64,000 nt of DNA from Camelus dromedarius. Its lineage: Eukaryota. The stretch covers positions 90,026,001 to 90,090,000 of the forward strand of contig NC_087437.1 in assembly GCF_036321535.1 (NCBI RefSeq), written 5' to 3'. The notes below the pieces were generated by a model. That model saw only the letters and a list, made by a program, of their open reading frames with translations, did no database searches and was not told the DNA's origin. The translations under genes and the position numbers were made by a program. Shown in pieces: positions 14,538 to 28,567 of the stretch (position 1 is the stretch's first letter; each line of letters opens with the position of its first letter).

Positions 14538-14587
14538 CAAGGATCAGCAAATTATTTCTGTAAAGGGACAAAGATTGCTGACCACTG
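14538..14587. mobile_element. Internally deleted MER58-like hAT-Charlie remnant (ends only)
   Basis: caaggatcagcaaa..ttctgtaaaggg and ttgctgaccactg form imperfect terminal inverted repeats. Confidence 0.5.
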
Positions 14588-16902
14588 AAATTAGCTAATT
14601 TTGGAAAAAATTCTCATATACCTTGTTTACCAACTCATGATATTGTGAGCATCAAGTGAAAGAATATGTCATAAATAGCAAAAAGAGGTAATACAAGAAA
14701 CAATATGTGCTTGTGGAGGTCTATTTCAGGAGTGGCCACAAAGACAACTCCAGGATTTCGGCTCTTTGCACTTTATTTCCTGATCCATATTGAAGGCATA
14801 TGGATCAGATAATCTCCAAAGATCTTTTACACTGAGACATGGTGGGAAATGTTAGAAATCATTACTATTGATAAAAGAGACTCACCACTGTGTAAAAATG
14901 AGCAAGAACGAATACCTAGTGCAAAATTCTATACATGTCTATAACTCCTATTAACTTGGCTAAACAATAATTGCATTTTTTTAAAAAATGTTATAAAATT
15001 TTATTTGTTATTGTTTATCTGGATGTAGTCATGAATGTAAAATTGCTTATTGGTTAAATTATCCCTGAAAGACAGATATACTTAGTGACTTTTCTGTTAC
15101 ATTTTTGAGATCATGAGAAGGTACTGAATATAAAAATCCATAAGTACCATATTGCTGAGGAGACTGAAGGACTAAGTTCCTCTTGTCTTTCACTCATTTA
15201 AACATCATGGGAGGCCCTGGAGCTATGAAGACAAATAGTTTGTTTACAATTCTTTTCCTTGAAGGAGAATATGGTCTAATGGAGGAGTTAGACTTGTAAA
15301 GTGACAAATCCTGTGGATATTAATCAGATCTGAATAAACGAATTCTTCATTATAAAGATACTATTCACCTTGTTCTATTTAAAAAAGCTAACATGAGTCT
15401 TTTTCACAATAATAAATAGGTTTACAACTGAAGCTGCATAGCATGATTCAGACAAAAGCTTTGAAAAAATCACCTTGGCTACCTTCATAAATTTATCTGG
15501 CTATTATAATTAATGGTTTTTATATTTGATTTGGTTAAATTATCTGAGAAAGTGTTTTAAGGTAAAGAGCTTGAATGATGAGATACCTGGTCTGGGATCT
15601 GTTATTTTTTAAAATGTTAGACAACACTTATTTTTAGCATTTAATTCTACAAAGATAATTTTATCTTCAATAAAAGAGATGAATTGTTTTGCAACAATTA
15701 TTCAAACTAGCAACTGAATATTTATTTAGAAAATTGGCAATTGATTTTACTTGAAGTATATATCAGGTTAAGTATAGTTAGCACAAAGCCTGAACAGACT
15801 ACAGAATATCAGAATTTTGTCAAATGAATACACAAACTTTGAAATTATTTCCTTTCACATTTGTGCTGTATTCATTTTACATTTCCACATGTGTTACTGA
15901 GGACTGACCTTCTGTTACTGAAAATGATCAGTACTAAGGCTGGAAAGTTAGCCTTGCATATCCTGGTCCTGCTCACACATTCTAAATAGATGTCAAACTT
16001 ATTCACATCACTTGGGCTGGTCAAACTTGTTTATATCATTTAGATCTTCTCTGAATTTGACTTTCCAATGACTTTGAGAGTTTCACGCTGAAGAGCAGCT
16101 AAATTAAGCAGAACAAAACAAACAGCACCAGTAAAAAAAGGAACACTGAAGTCCAAATCAACTCATTCACTAAGTGTATGCTGCTCTTCTCTACAAACCT
16201 GAGCCACCTGTACGAAACAACAGGTACCAAGTAGTGATGGCGAGGGACAAATGCAGAGGCTCAGAGCACTTCTTACAGGTATTCAGTGCCCTCAATCTCT
16301 GCACATCTCTACACTAATGCTAACCATTTCATAATCATTACAATTAAATTTTGTTATTCATCGTGAGTGAAAAAATAGAGCAGATGTGACTGCAAACGAG
16401 AAGAGACTATAAAGCACTGAGGATTCACAAGAGAAAAGTTGACCTTCAGGTGAAAAAAAAAAAGATGAAATTACAAACTTAAAAGACACACAATATGTAA
16501 ATACACAAATAAATAAACCCCACCAACTATTTCTCTTTAATTACTGTTTAACTAGAGCTAACATATAATTACTTGAAAGAGGATGGAAAATCAATTACAA
16601 CATTTCTAATGTTTCCAGTACTTCCAGTGTTGATCAATTAACTGTACTATTTGTCTCTATGATACTCTTCTCACTGACTGGTACAAAAGTAAAAATTTGA
16701 ATAAGCATAGAATGTAATGTATTCATAATATATGAATAGCCCCTAAACAATTTTTATACTTGTCCCAAGTTTCCCTTTTCATTTATTAATCTGTAGTTTT
16801 TGGTGTCTAAATATTATCAAATCCTAATATGCCAACTGTCAAAAATCACAATGTGAAAGCAAAATGAATTTTTTTTTTAATTATCATGATTGCTACTCTA
16901 TG

Positions 16903-17086
16903 GCAGAGGTTCTGGAACTTGGCTTCATGTCCTAATCACCTGGAGAGCTCTAAAATAAAAAACAAAACACACCTATATTGCCCACATCAAGTGCTGGGAC
17001 TTACTGATTTGATTAAAGACCATTCATCTGTATGTTTCAAAACATCTCAGGTAGTTCTAAATAAACAGCAGAAATAAGAACCCTGT
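16903..17086. mobile_element. MER5-family hAT-Charlie MITE
   Basis: cagaggttct...aatcacctggagagct...caggtagttcta...agaaccctg, palindromic MER5 layout. Confidence 0.65.
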
Positions 17087-17177
17087 TCTAAGGTCTTAAT
17101 CTTCTCAAATTTAGTTTATTTGTTGTTACTATGTTAATCATTGATTCTTCTCCTGATCACTACACCTGCAATTTTTA

Positions 17178-17406
17178 CAGTCTTTCCAACCCACAGTAAA
17201 GAAATGCATTGTCTGATGTAACCCTATGAATACATTTGAACATATAAATCCATACATGTATATATTTAACTAAAATAGAAGTTTTATAAACCTATAATTC
17301 ATATACTTGTATCTTTTTATTCTCTTCTGTTTTTTAATGCTAGTCATAAACAAACTTTTAACATAACTTACTAATAGGTCACATTCTGCAGTTTGAAAAT
17401 CATTGC
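17178..17406. mobile_element. hAT-Charlie-like DNA transposon fragment
   Basis: Ends ctaataggtcacattctgcagtttgaaaatcattg, a Charlie-type terminus. Confidence 0.45.
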
Positions 17407-20400
17407 TCAGTTTTCATTTACATGGAACACATTATGCATGGACATAATGTACTCTAAGAAAATTAGAAAAATACAGGAGAGATTTTTGTCTGCTTGTAGA
17501 CTCCAGAACATAGTCATCCATTCATTGTGTTGTTTCTGTACACATTTTTCAAAAACTAAACTTCAATGAGTACGTGTATTTATCAGGTGGTTGTGAGCTT
17601 TGTAACTGATCACTCTATATACCATGTACAATCTGGACACAGCATATATTTTTTAAAGGCAGAAGTGGCAGAACATTAAGATTCTCCTTACATATTTATC
17701 ATTTGACCTGATCAAGTATCGAAATAGATGTGTGAAGAAGTATACACAGGCACTGGCAATGCACAATTATCATTCACCTATTAATGCATGTGTGAAAATA
17801 AAAGTACTCAAACTACTCAGAAAATAAAATTTCTTCAAAGAAAGAATTAAAGATGAGGCCAGCATGATCTAAGTTGTGTTACGTTCACATGAAATAAAGA
17901 AACACAAACAAAACAATGAAACCTAACTTTTTCCCATTAATTTTGAGGTAATGAAAAAAACCTTAGCTTTACATTGTTCTTTATGTAGAACTGTAAAACC
18001 TGGTAGACACTTTTACAACCTGTCCTTAAACAATGACATATAAATTAATTCAACTATTTTGGCAATGCCTTTGATTTCCTGATCATGTTTTCTAAGAGCA
18101 GCAAGGTTATCCAGTTGCAGAAATACTTTAGATGATTGTTCCATTAAATAAATTTATTTAAAAACTTGTTAGTCACTGATTTAAATATTTCTAGCAATCC
18201 ACAGTGTTCTTAATTCCACTACTTTCCCAATTGTTCATTTTCTGATATAAAGATATTTGAATAAATAAAAATATATTAGGAATATGATTAAATGTGTGTC
18301 ACTACTGTATCATCTAAAACTTGGGCTGGGAACATATCTGAGAAACTTATAAAAAGCTAAATAACTTACACTTCTTGTAACAGAAAACATAAAAAAAAAC
18401 CTTTTCTGTGATCTATATTCCCTTTTTAAAAAGTCACTTAAATAAATCCTCAAAAAGAGGTTATACCATGAGGGAATAGAGGAAGTACTTTCTGTTGACA
18501 TAAACAGTAATTGATAAGGTTTTCTTGAATACTTTCAGAGAAATGCTGATGTATTACACTTAGGATTACTAGTTAGCTCTCATTTCCTTTCAACTTTTGC
18601 CTCTGGATAAGCTCAACTATTCCCAGGAAGAAACACTGATCAAGTACATTTGTCATGCAAGCAACTATAATAAGGTAATTCATCACAGTCTGTCAGAGTT
18701 TTATTCTAGAAAGACTGCTGCATTTTTATCCTTACTTAAAAATCTGCTGTCACTCCTGCTGAAAATTTGGTAGACATTTTGGACATGTTTAAAAGCCCTT
18801 CCAAACTGATAGTGGCAGATAATTAAGTTATCAGCTATCAAAGCTCCTTCTTTTCTTTTCCTTTTTCCTACGATATGTATGATACCACGAATCTATCTGG
18901 CTAGTTTAATCTGCCCTGTTCACAGAGCATGATCCCTTGTTCCCTCCCCTTTTTCCTCAATAGTAGCCAATAACCAAAGAAATTCACAACGACAAATGAA
19001 GCCTTTCTCAAGAGTCTAACTGAGCAATTTTGCTTTCCTTTGCAAGACCTGAAATCCACAACATTCTGAACTTCATTCACTAAGGTGGCAAGAAATAGCA
19101 GTCACAAGGAAACTAGGTGGATTAAGGATATCTGAAGAACAAATAAATAAACTCTGCCTAGGTGCACCACATTATAACTCAATAATATTTCTTGTCATTC
19201 AATTCATCTACTCAATTACTTACACCATGTGTGTCCTTTACCTGAAACCACTCTCCATGAAGTTTCATTCTGATGGGAATTTTATTGAGTCCTGAAGTCT
19301 TGGTTACGTCTCTCTCATTCTTTATTTTATAAGACTTCCTGCATCTTTCAGTGTTTAAATTTGCTTTTTTTAAAGGAAGAAATATATCAACCTTTTGCCA
19401 ATTTTATGACATTTTTGTATACTATCTTAGAAATAGATTTTGTTCAGTTTAAGGAGACTTCATAAACATGTAATAATTTGGCTTCCTTTTCAAACTCATT
19501 TACATTATTCTCATGTCATATACCTTTTATATAATTAGTTATCAAATCTAAGAACATGCCCGCATGATACCAAAGCACTGCCAAGGTAATTAAACATAGG
19601 AGATACGCATATGTGCATGTATATATTTGTGTGCATACATACCTGCTAAGTGTAAAAATAATGTAAATATAAAGGTAATAACTGTAAAAATCATAAATGA
19701 TAGAAATACATTTTTATTCTCTTCTAGTAATTTGTATTTTTCCAAGCTAAAAATCAATGTAATTTTGAAAAGTTCATAGAGCTCTAATACTTTGATGATC
19801 CTTTCTTCTTTCACCGCCAAATATTTGAGTAATTGCTATAGTTCCAATACTATTTTTCATCTCAACAAAAGCTTGGTAAGCTTCTTTGAAAAATATTATC
19901 GTTCCCAACTTAACAGGAGCAAAAGACATAGGTGAAATTGATTTCCTCTGCACCAGATAGTCATTTACATAGGATGTAAAGCATCATCATCATTCTGCTT
20001 ATTTTCTTCTCCTATCCCTTAGAAAAGAATTTTCAAACTTTTTAAGCAGCTGGGATTGAATACGGACCTTCTTTAAAAAATTGATGCTAAATCACCATAA
20101 CTACAACATTTTTATAAATCCTCAGCATTTGCTTTGCCCAAATGCTGAAGGCTTGATACAAAGTTTTTTTATTTTTATTTTTTCTGTTTTTCACTTGGAA
20201 AAAAGTAAAACTGAACTGAAGTAACTGCATGGATACTTCAGATTTCTGGTTGATCCAATTCCATGAAGTATCATTTTCTGCTTAATCCCTCCAAATACAT
20301 TTAAAATGTTTGAGAGTACCTAACCAAAGACCACATACAAATGTACAGAATTTTTTAAAAAGTGATACCATTATTTAATGTTTAGTATTTTAATAAATTT

Positions 20401-22653
20401 AGATATTTAGTGTTATAATAATTTGTGAGAGAATATACAAATGTAGGCATTATTTTTTGCTTATAAATCTCTTGAAGTACGAATTGTAAAGAGGAATAAG
20501 CTCAGTAACATTTAGAAGGCAACCAAGTCCTCATTCTATTTTTTTTCCTGCCCTTTGTTATTTTCCTTCCCGACTACCTGATACATCAGGCATTTTGATA
20601 TTATTACAAGTGCTTAAATATTCACAGTATTTCATTATAACTCTAAGGTAGCAGGAAAAAATAATTTTGTCACTTATAATACTGCCCAAAATTTTCTCTT
20701 CCTCTTTTTTTCAAACTAGTATATACTGACATAAAAATTAAACAAAAACCAGTGCCAGCCAAAAATGTGTTATTACAAAATACCATTTTATAAAGCAACT
20801 CTAAAGCTAAACTGCAGCTGCTATGGAATATATTCCTGACTCTAAGTATTATTAAGACTTTGATAATATATCTGGAATTAGCATGAGGGAATCACCCATT
20901 TTTGGCTTTTACTAAGGACTAAACTGTGAAACTCCCTTTGAAGAAGCAAGACCTTGAGAAATGTAAACGATCACATGGCAAACAATCCCAATAATAGGAA
21001 CTCCTCAAGTCAATTCAAAAACATTTCTTCCACTTATCAAAAATATGTCAGAAATGGAATTTACTTCACCAAAACAATAAGCCATCTATTATAAGGAATA
21101 TAGTAATTTTATGTATCACAATGAGAAGAAATTGCATCAATTAAACTACAATACACCATTATCAAACACATCCCAATTTCAGAGATGGAAAATGTACCTT
21201 AGAATTGATGAACGGTAACATATGATTTTCTGAGAAAAGGAATTCTTAATGATCCCTAAAGACTAAATATTTTGCATTTTTACTGTCTGGAAAACATGTT
21301 TTAAAAAGCACTGGATAGTTGGTACAAATTGTTCACCAAATTTGTCAGAGAATTAGGACAACTGAATTGGAAAAGTGTATACAGAAAAATAATCTCAAGG
21401 TGGGGCTAAACTTACAGAAGAATCATTATATCAGCACTCTATTCACAAAAATACTGACTGGTCACTAAATTAAAAATTGAGTCTATAGGCTAAATCTACC
21501 AGAATATTTCTAAATAATATCAATAAAGTCTGATTAAAGAATTAAGAGGTATCCCACTCACTATATCAGTTTTTTAAAAACCTGAATTTTATTTGGTTTA
21601 CTGATAGATTTTAACAGTTCTACACACAGAGTTTAATCTAAAGGACATATATTTTGGAAACCCCAGTAAAGACTTCCCGGATATCAGAAAAATTAGTCTT
21701 AATTTTGTAGCTTGCTTATAAGTTACAAAATAATGAAATTTTAAAGAGGCCCCTGAGATGCTCCATCAACAATGTCCCTACTACCATAACCATCAGGAAA
21801 TAATTGTATAATTACACACAGTACTTTCTTTTCACAGAAGAATGTGAAAAAGCTATGTGAGCCCAGACCAAAAAACTACATTGCCTTTACGAGAAGTATG
21901 TTCATATTCAAATAAACTAAAGTCAATGTTAATTTTCACATGCAGATAAGATGAATTTTCACTTCCAAGACTGCCAATGCAAATGCCAGATTGGAAAGTT
22001 AAGACGATTTGGGTCTTAAAACTGTCAATCTACCAAGGGAGCTATAGGACAGCTTAACCAGTAGGAGACCTTTAAATACTTGACCTCTTTGCCACAGACC
22101 AAAAATCATGGTGCCTGGAAAGCAAACATTGTCAGACTGTGAAATTTACTACAGAATAATTCAAAAATCCCATGAGAATGTTCCATCATTCCCTGTGATT
22201 TTTGACACTCTGTCACACTGTGTCTTTGGAGAAAAGCAGTGTGCTTTGTTGTTATCATAATTGTAACTGTTGTTAGTGTTTTTGTTGTTCTAGGAGGAAG
22301 TGACAAGAACATTCCAAAATTTGTGAGACAAATAAAATGTATAATTACAGAAGTTCTCACTATATTCAAAACATGTAATTGCTGATACTACGAGCTCAGA
22401 ACTGGTTTTTGATATACATACATCAACACTGTTGCTTTAAAATAACATTTTAAACAAAATCTGATTCCCAAATGTATCTGTAAAGACTAAGTTCCTAATA
22501 TGTAAAACATTATGTACATGTCAGTTATTAACATTACTTCTTTTAAAGTGATATATTAGACTCTCAAAATAGTCACTAAAGTTGACTCTGAGTTAAAAAT
22601 GTGTGTATGTGTATATAAATATCTATCTATATGTATGTATGTGTGTGCATGTG

Positions 22654-22862
22654 TAGTTAATGCTCATTATTCATGGCAGTTATTTTGTACAGTCACCATG
22701 GACACTGAATTAGTGAATACTAAGCCAGTGCTCCTAGGGGAAATGCAGGGTTAGGTAGGTTCCTGAAAGCCTCTGGTAATAACATTTCTGTCAGCGACCA
22801 ATACACAACATTTTGTTTTACGTGTGTTTCTGTTTAAAGATAACTTACTTAATACGCATTTT
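22654..22862 (+). mobile_element. MER82-like TcMar-Tigger fragment (5' part)
   Basis: acactgaattagtgaatact...gctcctagggggaaat..agggttagg...gcctctggt...gtgtgtttctgtttaaaga, matched to a recalled consensus. Confidence 0.7.
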
Positions 22863-23299
22863 TATACTATAATACATATTTTTATAATAATGTGCAGTGT
22901 TTACTTTTAATAAACTACTAGCTGTGAAGGGTTTAATGTTTTCCTGACTATGACTATGGGTACCATGAACATTCACTTCTTTGGCTTTCAGCCTAAGAAC
23001 AGTGCCATCCACTGTGCAGTTTTCAGTATTTAAAGGCCAATTATCTCAGCTATTCTCCCAACTAATAGACCTTGGTCTTCCCCCTGTGTCTTTTCTAAGA
23101 GAAATAAAGTGTTTAATGTAAGAAAATGAGTCATTTTTAGGAAATCCTACATGTTCATATATCAGTGTTTTTGAAGTTATATCCCTAATACAATAATCAT
23201 ACAATAAATAGAATTACAAAGCTTTTAAGAATTATAATAGCTTCTCAAACACATTATTTTTGCTTTTCCAGTATATTCAGAAATTAAATGAATACTTTA

Positions 23300-23715
23300 A
23301 AATATAGTTTTCTGTATTTCCTATATTTAGCTGAATGAAAATTTATTATTCCAATATGTAAACATAATAGCTTGTAATTCTTCGGAACTCTCTATTATTT
23401 TCCCAAATGGGTGGAGAGACTAGAGCCAAATAATTTAGCTTCACTTTCTACCAATTTTTCCTCATACTTCATGCCATAGTAGGGTGCTTTGAGTTCTTCA
23501 CATTTTTGTACATGCTACTTGCTCTGATGAAAAGTTTTATTCTCTTTTCTTCACCAGATGCACAGGTTCATAAATGCTTCCTGGTTGTGGCCATTTTAAC
23601 TGCCCTAAGAGCCACAATAGATGTTCTGGAGATACTATCTATTTTGACTTAAAATAATAAAGTTGCTGAATATGTCAACCTGGGTCTTCTCATTCTTTGC
23701 ATTGACCCACACAAA
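23300..23715 (-). pseudogene. Possible terminal kinase / C-tail pseudo-exon
   Basis: Acceptor tttttacttcag|. LCGSMQR..*EDP..RLTYS loosely fits LYxxMxxCW...RPTFS; tail contains SIYEPV; AATAAA on the minus strand at 23342-23347. Confidence 0.3.
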
Positions 23716-24539
23716 CTGAAGTAAAAAATGATAAAAATAATAATTATTATTATATATTTATAATACTGCTTATTATTTATAATACTTATTTCACCACATA
23801 ATATAGTGGACTTTAAAAATAAACTTTAAAGACAAAAAATTCTATGACATTTAAGACAAATTCTTAAAACATAATAAAGCATAATTTTAGAAGAAAATGT
23901 ACTAAAGATTAACAAATATTTTAAGTAGACTTAGGTTTTATTCAACTTTGAATGCCTTGAACTTAAGTAAATAAAATCCCCAATGTTTGATAAACAAATT
24001 AGTTAAAGAGTTAGGGGTCCTATAGTTTTTAGAAGGTGCAGGATTAACAGATGAAAAAGAAAGCATTCTTATTTTGCTTTTGTTTTCTCAAAGAGAGAAT
24101 TTTAAGGTGGAAATAAGAGGGAAAATCATTTTTTAAAGGATAAGTTTGGTGCAAGAAATGTAGGAGAGCTCCCAGGAAATTCAAATACTTTTCAGTTTTC
24201 TAGTCCAAGTAAAGTGCATACTTAATTGATACTCCTTCAGAAACTAAGAAATATTTATGGTGAGAAATATTCCAGGTGGGTTTTTTTTTTCCATTTTTAA
24301 AATGGAAAAAAATAAAAAATCATGAATTTTAGGTACTCTGAAAATACCAAGTACTTTGTATCATGTTAAATTATTCAAGAATGAGATATGCCCCAAACTA
24401 ATTGTCTCACCTTTTGTTCGTTGTTTCACCTAATATATTTAAAGAGGATGCCATAAACCAAATTACAATATCTCAACTTCTAAAAGTAATTGAATCAATT
24501 TTATTTTGTTATCTTTGTGAATAAGATGAAGAAATATGT

Positions 24540-25390
24540 GTTGAAAGGTAGCAAAAAAATTCTACAAGCAATTAAAGAAAATTCTGCTCCCCCAAATAGT
24601 GAACTATTGTATCAATATAAATTTGAAGGGCATCCCTGTTTTCTTATTTTAACCAGTCTTCAACAAAAAAACTGAACATCAAATTTTTTTCAAATTTTTT
24701 GAACATCAACATCAAATTTGCTTGGAAAATTCCAGAATAAGATAAAAAAGTGATATTAAAGTCAGTCCAGTCAGGCAAGATCCAAATGGGAACTTACGAA
24801 TAGGTAACACTGATAGAGACTGGAGGATTCAAATGTGAACAGCAGTGATGGTAAGGCTGTTGAATGTCTGAAGTCACTAGCTGCACTGAAGCACTAAATC
24901 TTTATACTTAGAGGTATGAAAGAAGAATGCTGAAGTCTGGTGGTGTTAACCTTAAAAAGGAGAAAAATCAGAAGGAGATAAAAGCACCCTTCAAGAATCT
25001 GAAGGAGTTTTCCAAGGCAGAATCAGGAGATATAGTCCACTTTGTCCCTAAGGGTATATAAGAAGGACAAACATTTAGAAGCTAATGAAAAGTAGATTCT
25101 TCTTCAACTTTAGAGAAGATTTCTAAGTCCAGCATGTCCAATAGGAATTGGGCAATTTGGCAGAGTAGTGAGCTATTTATCAGTAGATGGACAGAAGAAA
25201 AGTGAAATGACCTGTGTTTTAGATGGTTCAGAAAGAATTCCTCCCATGAGGGGGACGAGTTCTAAGCTCATTCCAATTCTTTTTGATTTTTTTTCTCTTA
25301 ACATATAGTGGTTTCAACAAACAAATATCACTTCCAAAATATATACAATCCAAAATTATTCTATTGTTTAGTGAAATGTATTTCAGTTAT
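24540..25390 (-). pseudogene. Degenerate DFG / APE / DVW region, apparently split by an L3 element
   Basis: FT-x5-FGL (FGL at 25346-25354). Beyond the L3: KFP-IWILPD (~24770-24795), FPSKFDV (~24709-24729) and RDAL...IVHYL. Each match is weak alone but the order is correct. Confidence 0.35.
24800..25282 (+). mobile_element. L3 (CR1-like) LINE 3' portion
   Basis: cttcaagaatctgaagg, gtagtgagct, and terminal tctaagctcattccaattct follow the L3 3' consensus in order. 5' boundary approximate. Confidence 0.75.
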
Positions 25391-25512
25391 GATTCACAAT
25401 ATGCACTTTCAAAAGAGTAGATAATTATTGGGAAAGCGATTAGGTAACAATTCATACATTTCATAATGATAGCAACTATTATTATCCTACTAAATGCATT
25501 GGTAATACTTAC

Positions 25513-25593
25513 ATAATTTGGGAAGACTAATCTCTATTTAACAAATACACAATTATTGGTGGAACTAACTTTATTGATTACCACATTGAGAGT
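25513..25593 (-). pseudogene. Degenerate catalytic-loop (HRD) pseudo-exon
   Basis: Acceptor ttattttcttag|; ttt gtt (a)aat aga gat = FV-x-RD; ends AT|gtaagt like the phase-2 NCM exon end of MET-type kinases. Appears internally deleted. Confidence 0.45.
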
Positions 25594-27935
25594 CTAAGAA
25601 AATAATCTTTAAAATTTTTTTCTAATTAATGAAGAAGTAATTGCATCACATTAGAAGATTTCTGAGATAAATTATATATGATTATTCACTTTTCACAAAT
25701 ATATAAAGAAAATCCTCATTTTTTTATGTATAAGACAACTAATATATCTACCTCCTTAGAGGGGGAACATGGTATGTTAAAATAAGCATATATTTAAAAT
25801 CAAATCCAGAAATAAAATCTATCATTTTTATTTCCTGGCAAAGAATGAATGGGAAATGTGAAGAAATTTCTTAAGTTAGTGGTTATTATCCAACATTTAA
25901 TTTAAACTAAAACAGAGAAAAAGAAAACTCCTATCTCCTTAAGAGATAAACAATTTCATCATGGCATGCGAGAGGTAGCCCTAAATGTTCCTGCACTGAT
26001 TAGCAAAAGCGCACTACTGGTTTTAGACTTTTATTCAGTTTACCAGTTAGAAATCAAAAAGAAATTCTAAAGTTTTTAAAGAAAAATGTTTATTACATTT
26101 TGCATAACATGTTTCAAGAGGGACATTCAGACTAATGTTTGCCACGTTATTTAAGGATGAATCAAGAGTTCCTAGGCTACACTGACGTATTTGGTCTTGG
26201 GGTAGGATAAATCAGCAGAGTAATAGGGATCAAGTAGGCACTAGATTCTTAGCTAGAGAAAAAAAGCAAAATGACCTGAGACCAATTCACATATGTGTAA
26301 TCTGAATTGATAATACTAGGACTTTCCCTTGTTAATTTGAATTCCTTTGGGATACCTCATATTGCACTTCAAGATAAATATAGAAATAATAAAAAAAATG
26401 TGAATCTATCCTCGGTTCAAGTTTTATAAATCCTTTCAAGGTCATAAATCAATTATTTGGGGGGGGGTCTGTTATTTTAAATTATCTGCCCCACTGATCC
26501 CTCACAAAAATGCAGCTCATCAGGCATGGACTGAATAAAGATATTCATGGAAGAACACAAAATTAACATTAGTTGTAACTCTGAAGAGCCTGTGCCTGCT
26601 TTACCACAGCCATCACCCATTTCTTTTTAACTACTTGCAGGCTACTTGGTTGGAAGCATAATTTAAGCTTGTTTTGTTTAAACTCCTTTGAACGTCACCC
26701 ACAGATTTACCTGACTGGGAAATGTGTCAGTTCATGCCACGCACACAAGTCAGAAAAAAAGATGCTATCAGTTGGCATGCATGATAGTAAAACAAGAAAA
26801 CAATATTTTCAAAAATATAAATCATGTTTAATGCCTTCTTTCTCTCTGTTCATCCTCTAGTTGATTGGCGTTCTCATCAGCAGTGTGACATCGGGAGCGA
26901 CCTACAAGGGAATTATAGCAATGCATTTTCCCTAGGGCTAGCATTTATACTATAAATTATGAATGTATTATTATGCTGCCACTTTGGTTTTGAAGAGCTT
27001 ATGTTAATTAAAGGCTAAGAAAGCACACATGCAGCACAATTATTTTTAATTAAGACTAAAATAATTCAGTATGTCAATATAATCCTTAATGGGGATGATG
27101 GCTTAATGTGTCACCTCAGTTTCTTGTCTGTGTAGTACAGCCATGTCTAATGCTTGTTTTTAGTTTCTTACTTTTAAGTATATAAATCTCAAGGTCATCC
27201 AGAGATCAACTTCATGCTTGAGACAGTGCTGCAGATAAGCAGTTATGGAGTGAATACTATATACTAAAAACTATCCTTTTTGAAACAAAAATGTAAAATG
27301 CAATATTTTATATTTTAGGAATTTGGAAACATGTTTTAGGTGACCTCTGAATTTGTTAATAAAATGGAGGCTAATTATCTTGTATAAATTTAAATAACAA
27401 AACGGCATATAATGAATGAGAAGCATATAAAAACAAATATATTTGACTGTGGTATTTTAAGAAGTGTGAAATTTCAGACTTTTCCCTGAAATTTAAAATG
27501 AAGGAACTGGGAGTTAACTTTCTTTTGATTAAAAGTAAGCCCAATTAATTTTTTTCTTTTTAAATTGTTACAAAAATAAGTATTACATAATTGAGTAAAT
27601 TTTGTTTCCTTAATTTAGAATAACTCCAATTTCCCCATGTCTGCCAAGTTTATAAAATCCAAAAAAAAAAAAAAAATTTGATTTTGCAATGTATTTAAAA
27701 ATACTCTTATTCCAAAAAACACCAACACCTCCAACTCATGGCATTTCTAGGCAATAAAGAGTTCAGTCTTGCTGTTGTGTTGCTACATGTGAGGATTTGT
27801 TTTCCTCTGAAATGAGACTTGTCAGAAGTATTTAAATGGTAGTTTCTATAAAAATGGAACTTTTATAATCTATCAGTTAGGAGAAATCATACCCCACACA
27901 GGGATATGCTCAGGTAACATCTCTTTTATTCCTGC

Positions 27936-28116
27936 CAGAGGTACAAATCTTATAGCTGTCAAGAAATCTAAATGTTTAATATTGTCACAGCAGCAAACAA
28001 GTAGACAGGCAAAGCAGTGACCACATTCCTGATGACCGGTGAGCAACAGAGATTACTCAGAGAACTCAGGGGCCGAATCATTAGAGCAGCATGCCCAAAT
28101 TGACACTGTTGTGACT
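27936..28116 (-). pseudogene. Tyrosine kinase subdomain III-V pseudo-exon
   Basis: Acceptor tcttttcactctgccag| after a 70-nt intron. QFGHAALMIR...N-x-LLLTG...(frameshift)IKHLDFLTAIR, in register with MET MKHGDLRNFIR. 181 nt; putative donor reads GC. Confidence 0.6.
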
Positions 28117-28186
28117 CTGGCAGAGTGAAAAGACATAAAGTCAAAATGTAGAAAGTATAATTAAAATGTTCCTTTTGACAGTTTAC

Positions 28187-28279
28187 TTCACTTTAATTGG
28201 CAACTTAACACCTGTGCTTGTTTCAGTGCCGAAGTTCTATTTTTAACAATGTTCCTTCATAGATGACTCCAGTAAATTA
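28187..28279 (-). pseudogene. Tyrosine kinase subdomain I-II pseudo-exon
   Basis: Acceptor ttttcttttctcttaag|. gt aat tt(ac)t gga gtc atc tat gaa gga aca ttg tta = G-N-F-GVIYEGTLL (MET: GHFGCVYHGTLL). gtt gcc (a)att aaa = VAIK; donor |gtaaac. Confidence 0.75.
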
Positions 28280-28567
28280 CTTAAGAGAAAAGAAAAGTGC
28301 AGTGTCTGAGGAAAAACATGAAGTTCAATAAACACTGGTATGTACGTTACAGAGTATTCATATTATTTAAATTGGGCATTTTCATAAGGATATAATTAAT
28401 ACTTGTGTCCGAACAAGAAGGGAAAACTGAACACAATGGGGAGTAACAAGGAATTAGAAGTATAGGAAAGAGGATCTTTAAATTTCAGTTGGTAATCACA
28501 AAAATTTACTTGGAAAAACCTTACAACCAGTTTCCTGAAGTACATCTAAACTGATTCATTGTATGCT

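Noticed and set aside
24411..24478. Exon-like unit with IW(S)YGIL resembling kinase subdomain IX
   Set aside because: Out of order relative to the other subdomain IX-X remnants and needs a frameshift; not supportable.
25260..25282. W-MSLE resembling kinase WMALE
   Set aside because: Coincides with the L3 3' terminal consensus, so probably chance.
26291..26366. Alternative catalytic-loop exon (VS-KGIQ...)
   Set aside because: No convincing HRD and a weaker donor than 25513-25593; cannot be fully excluded.
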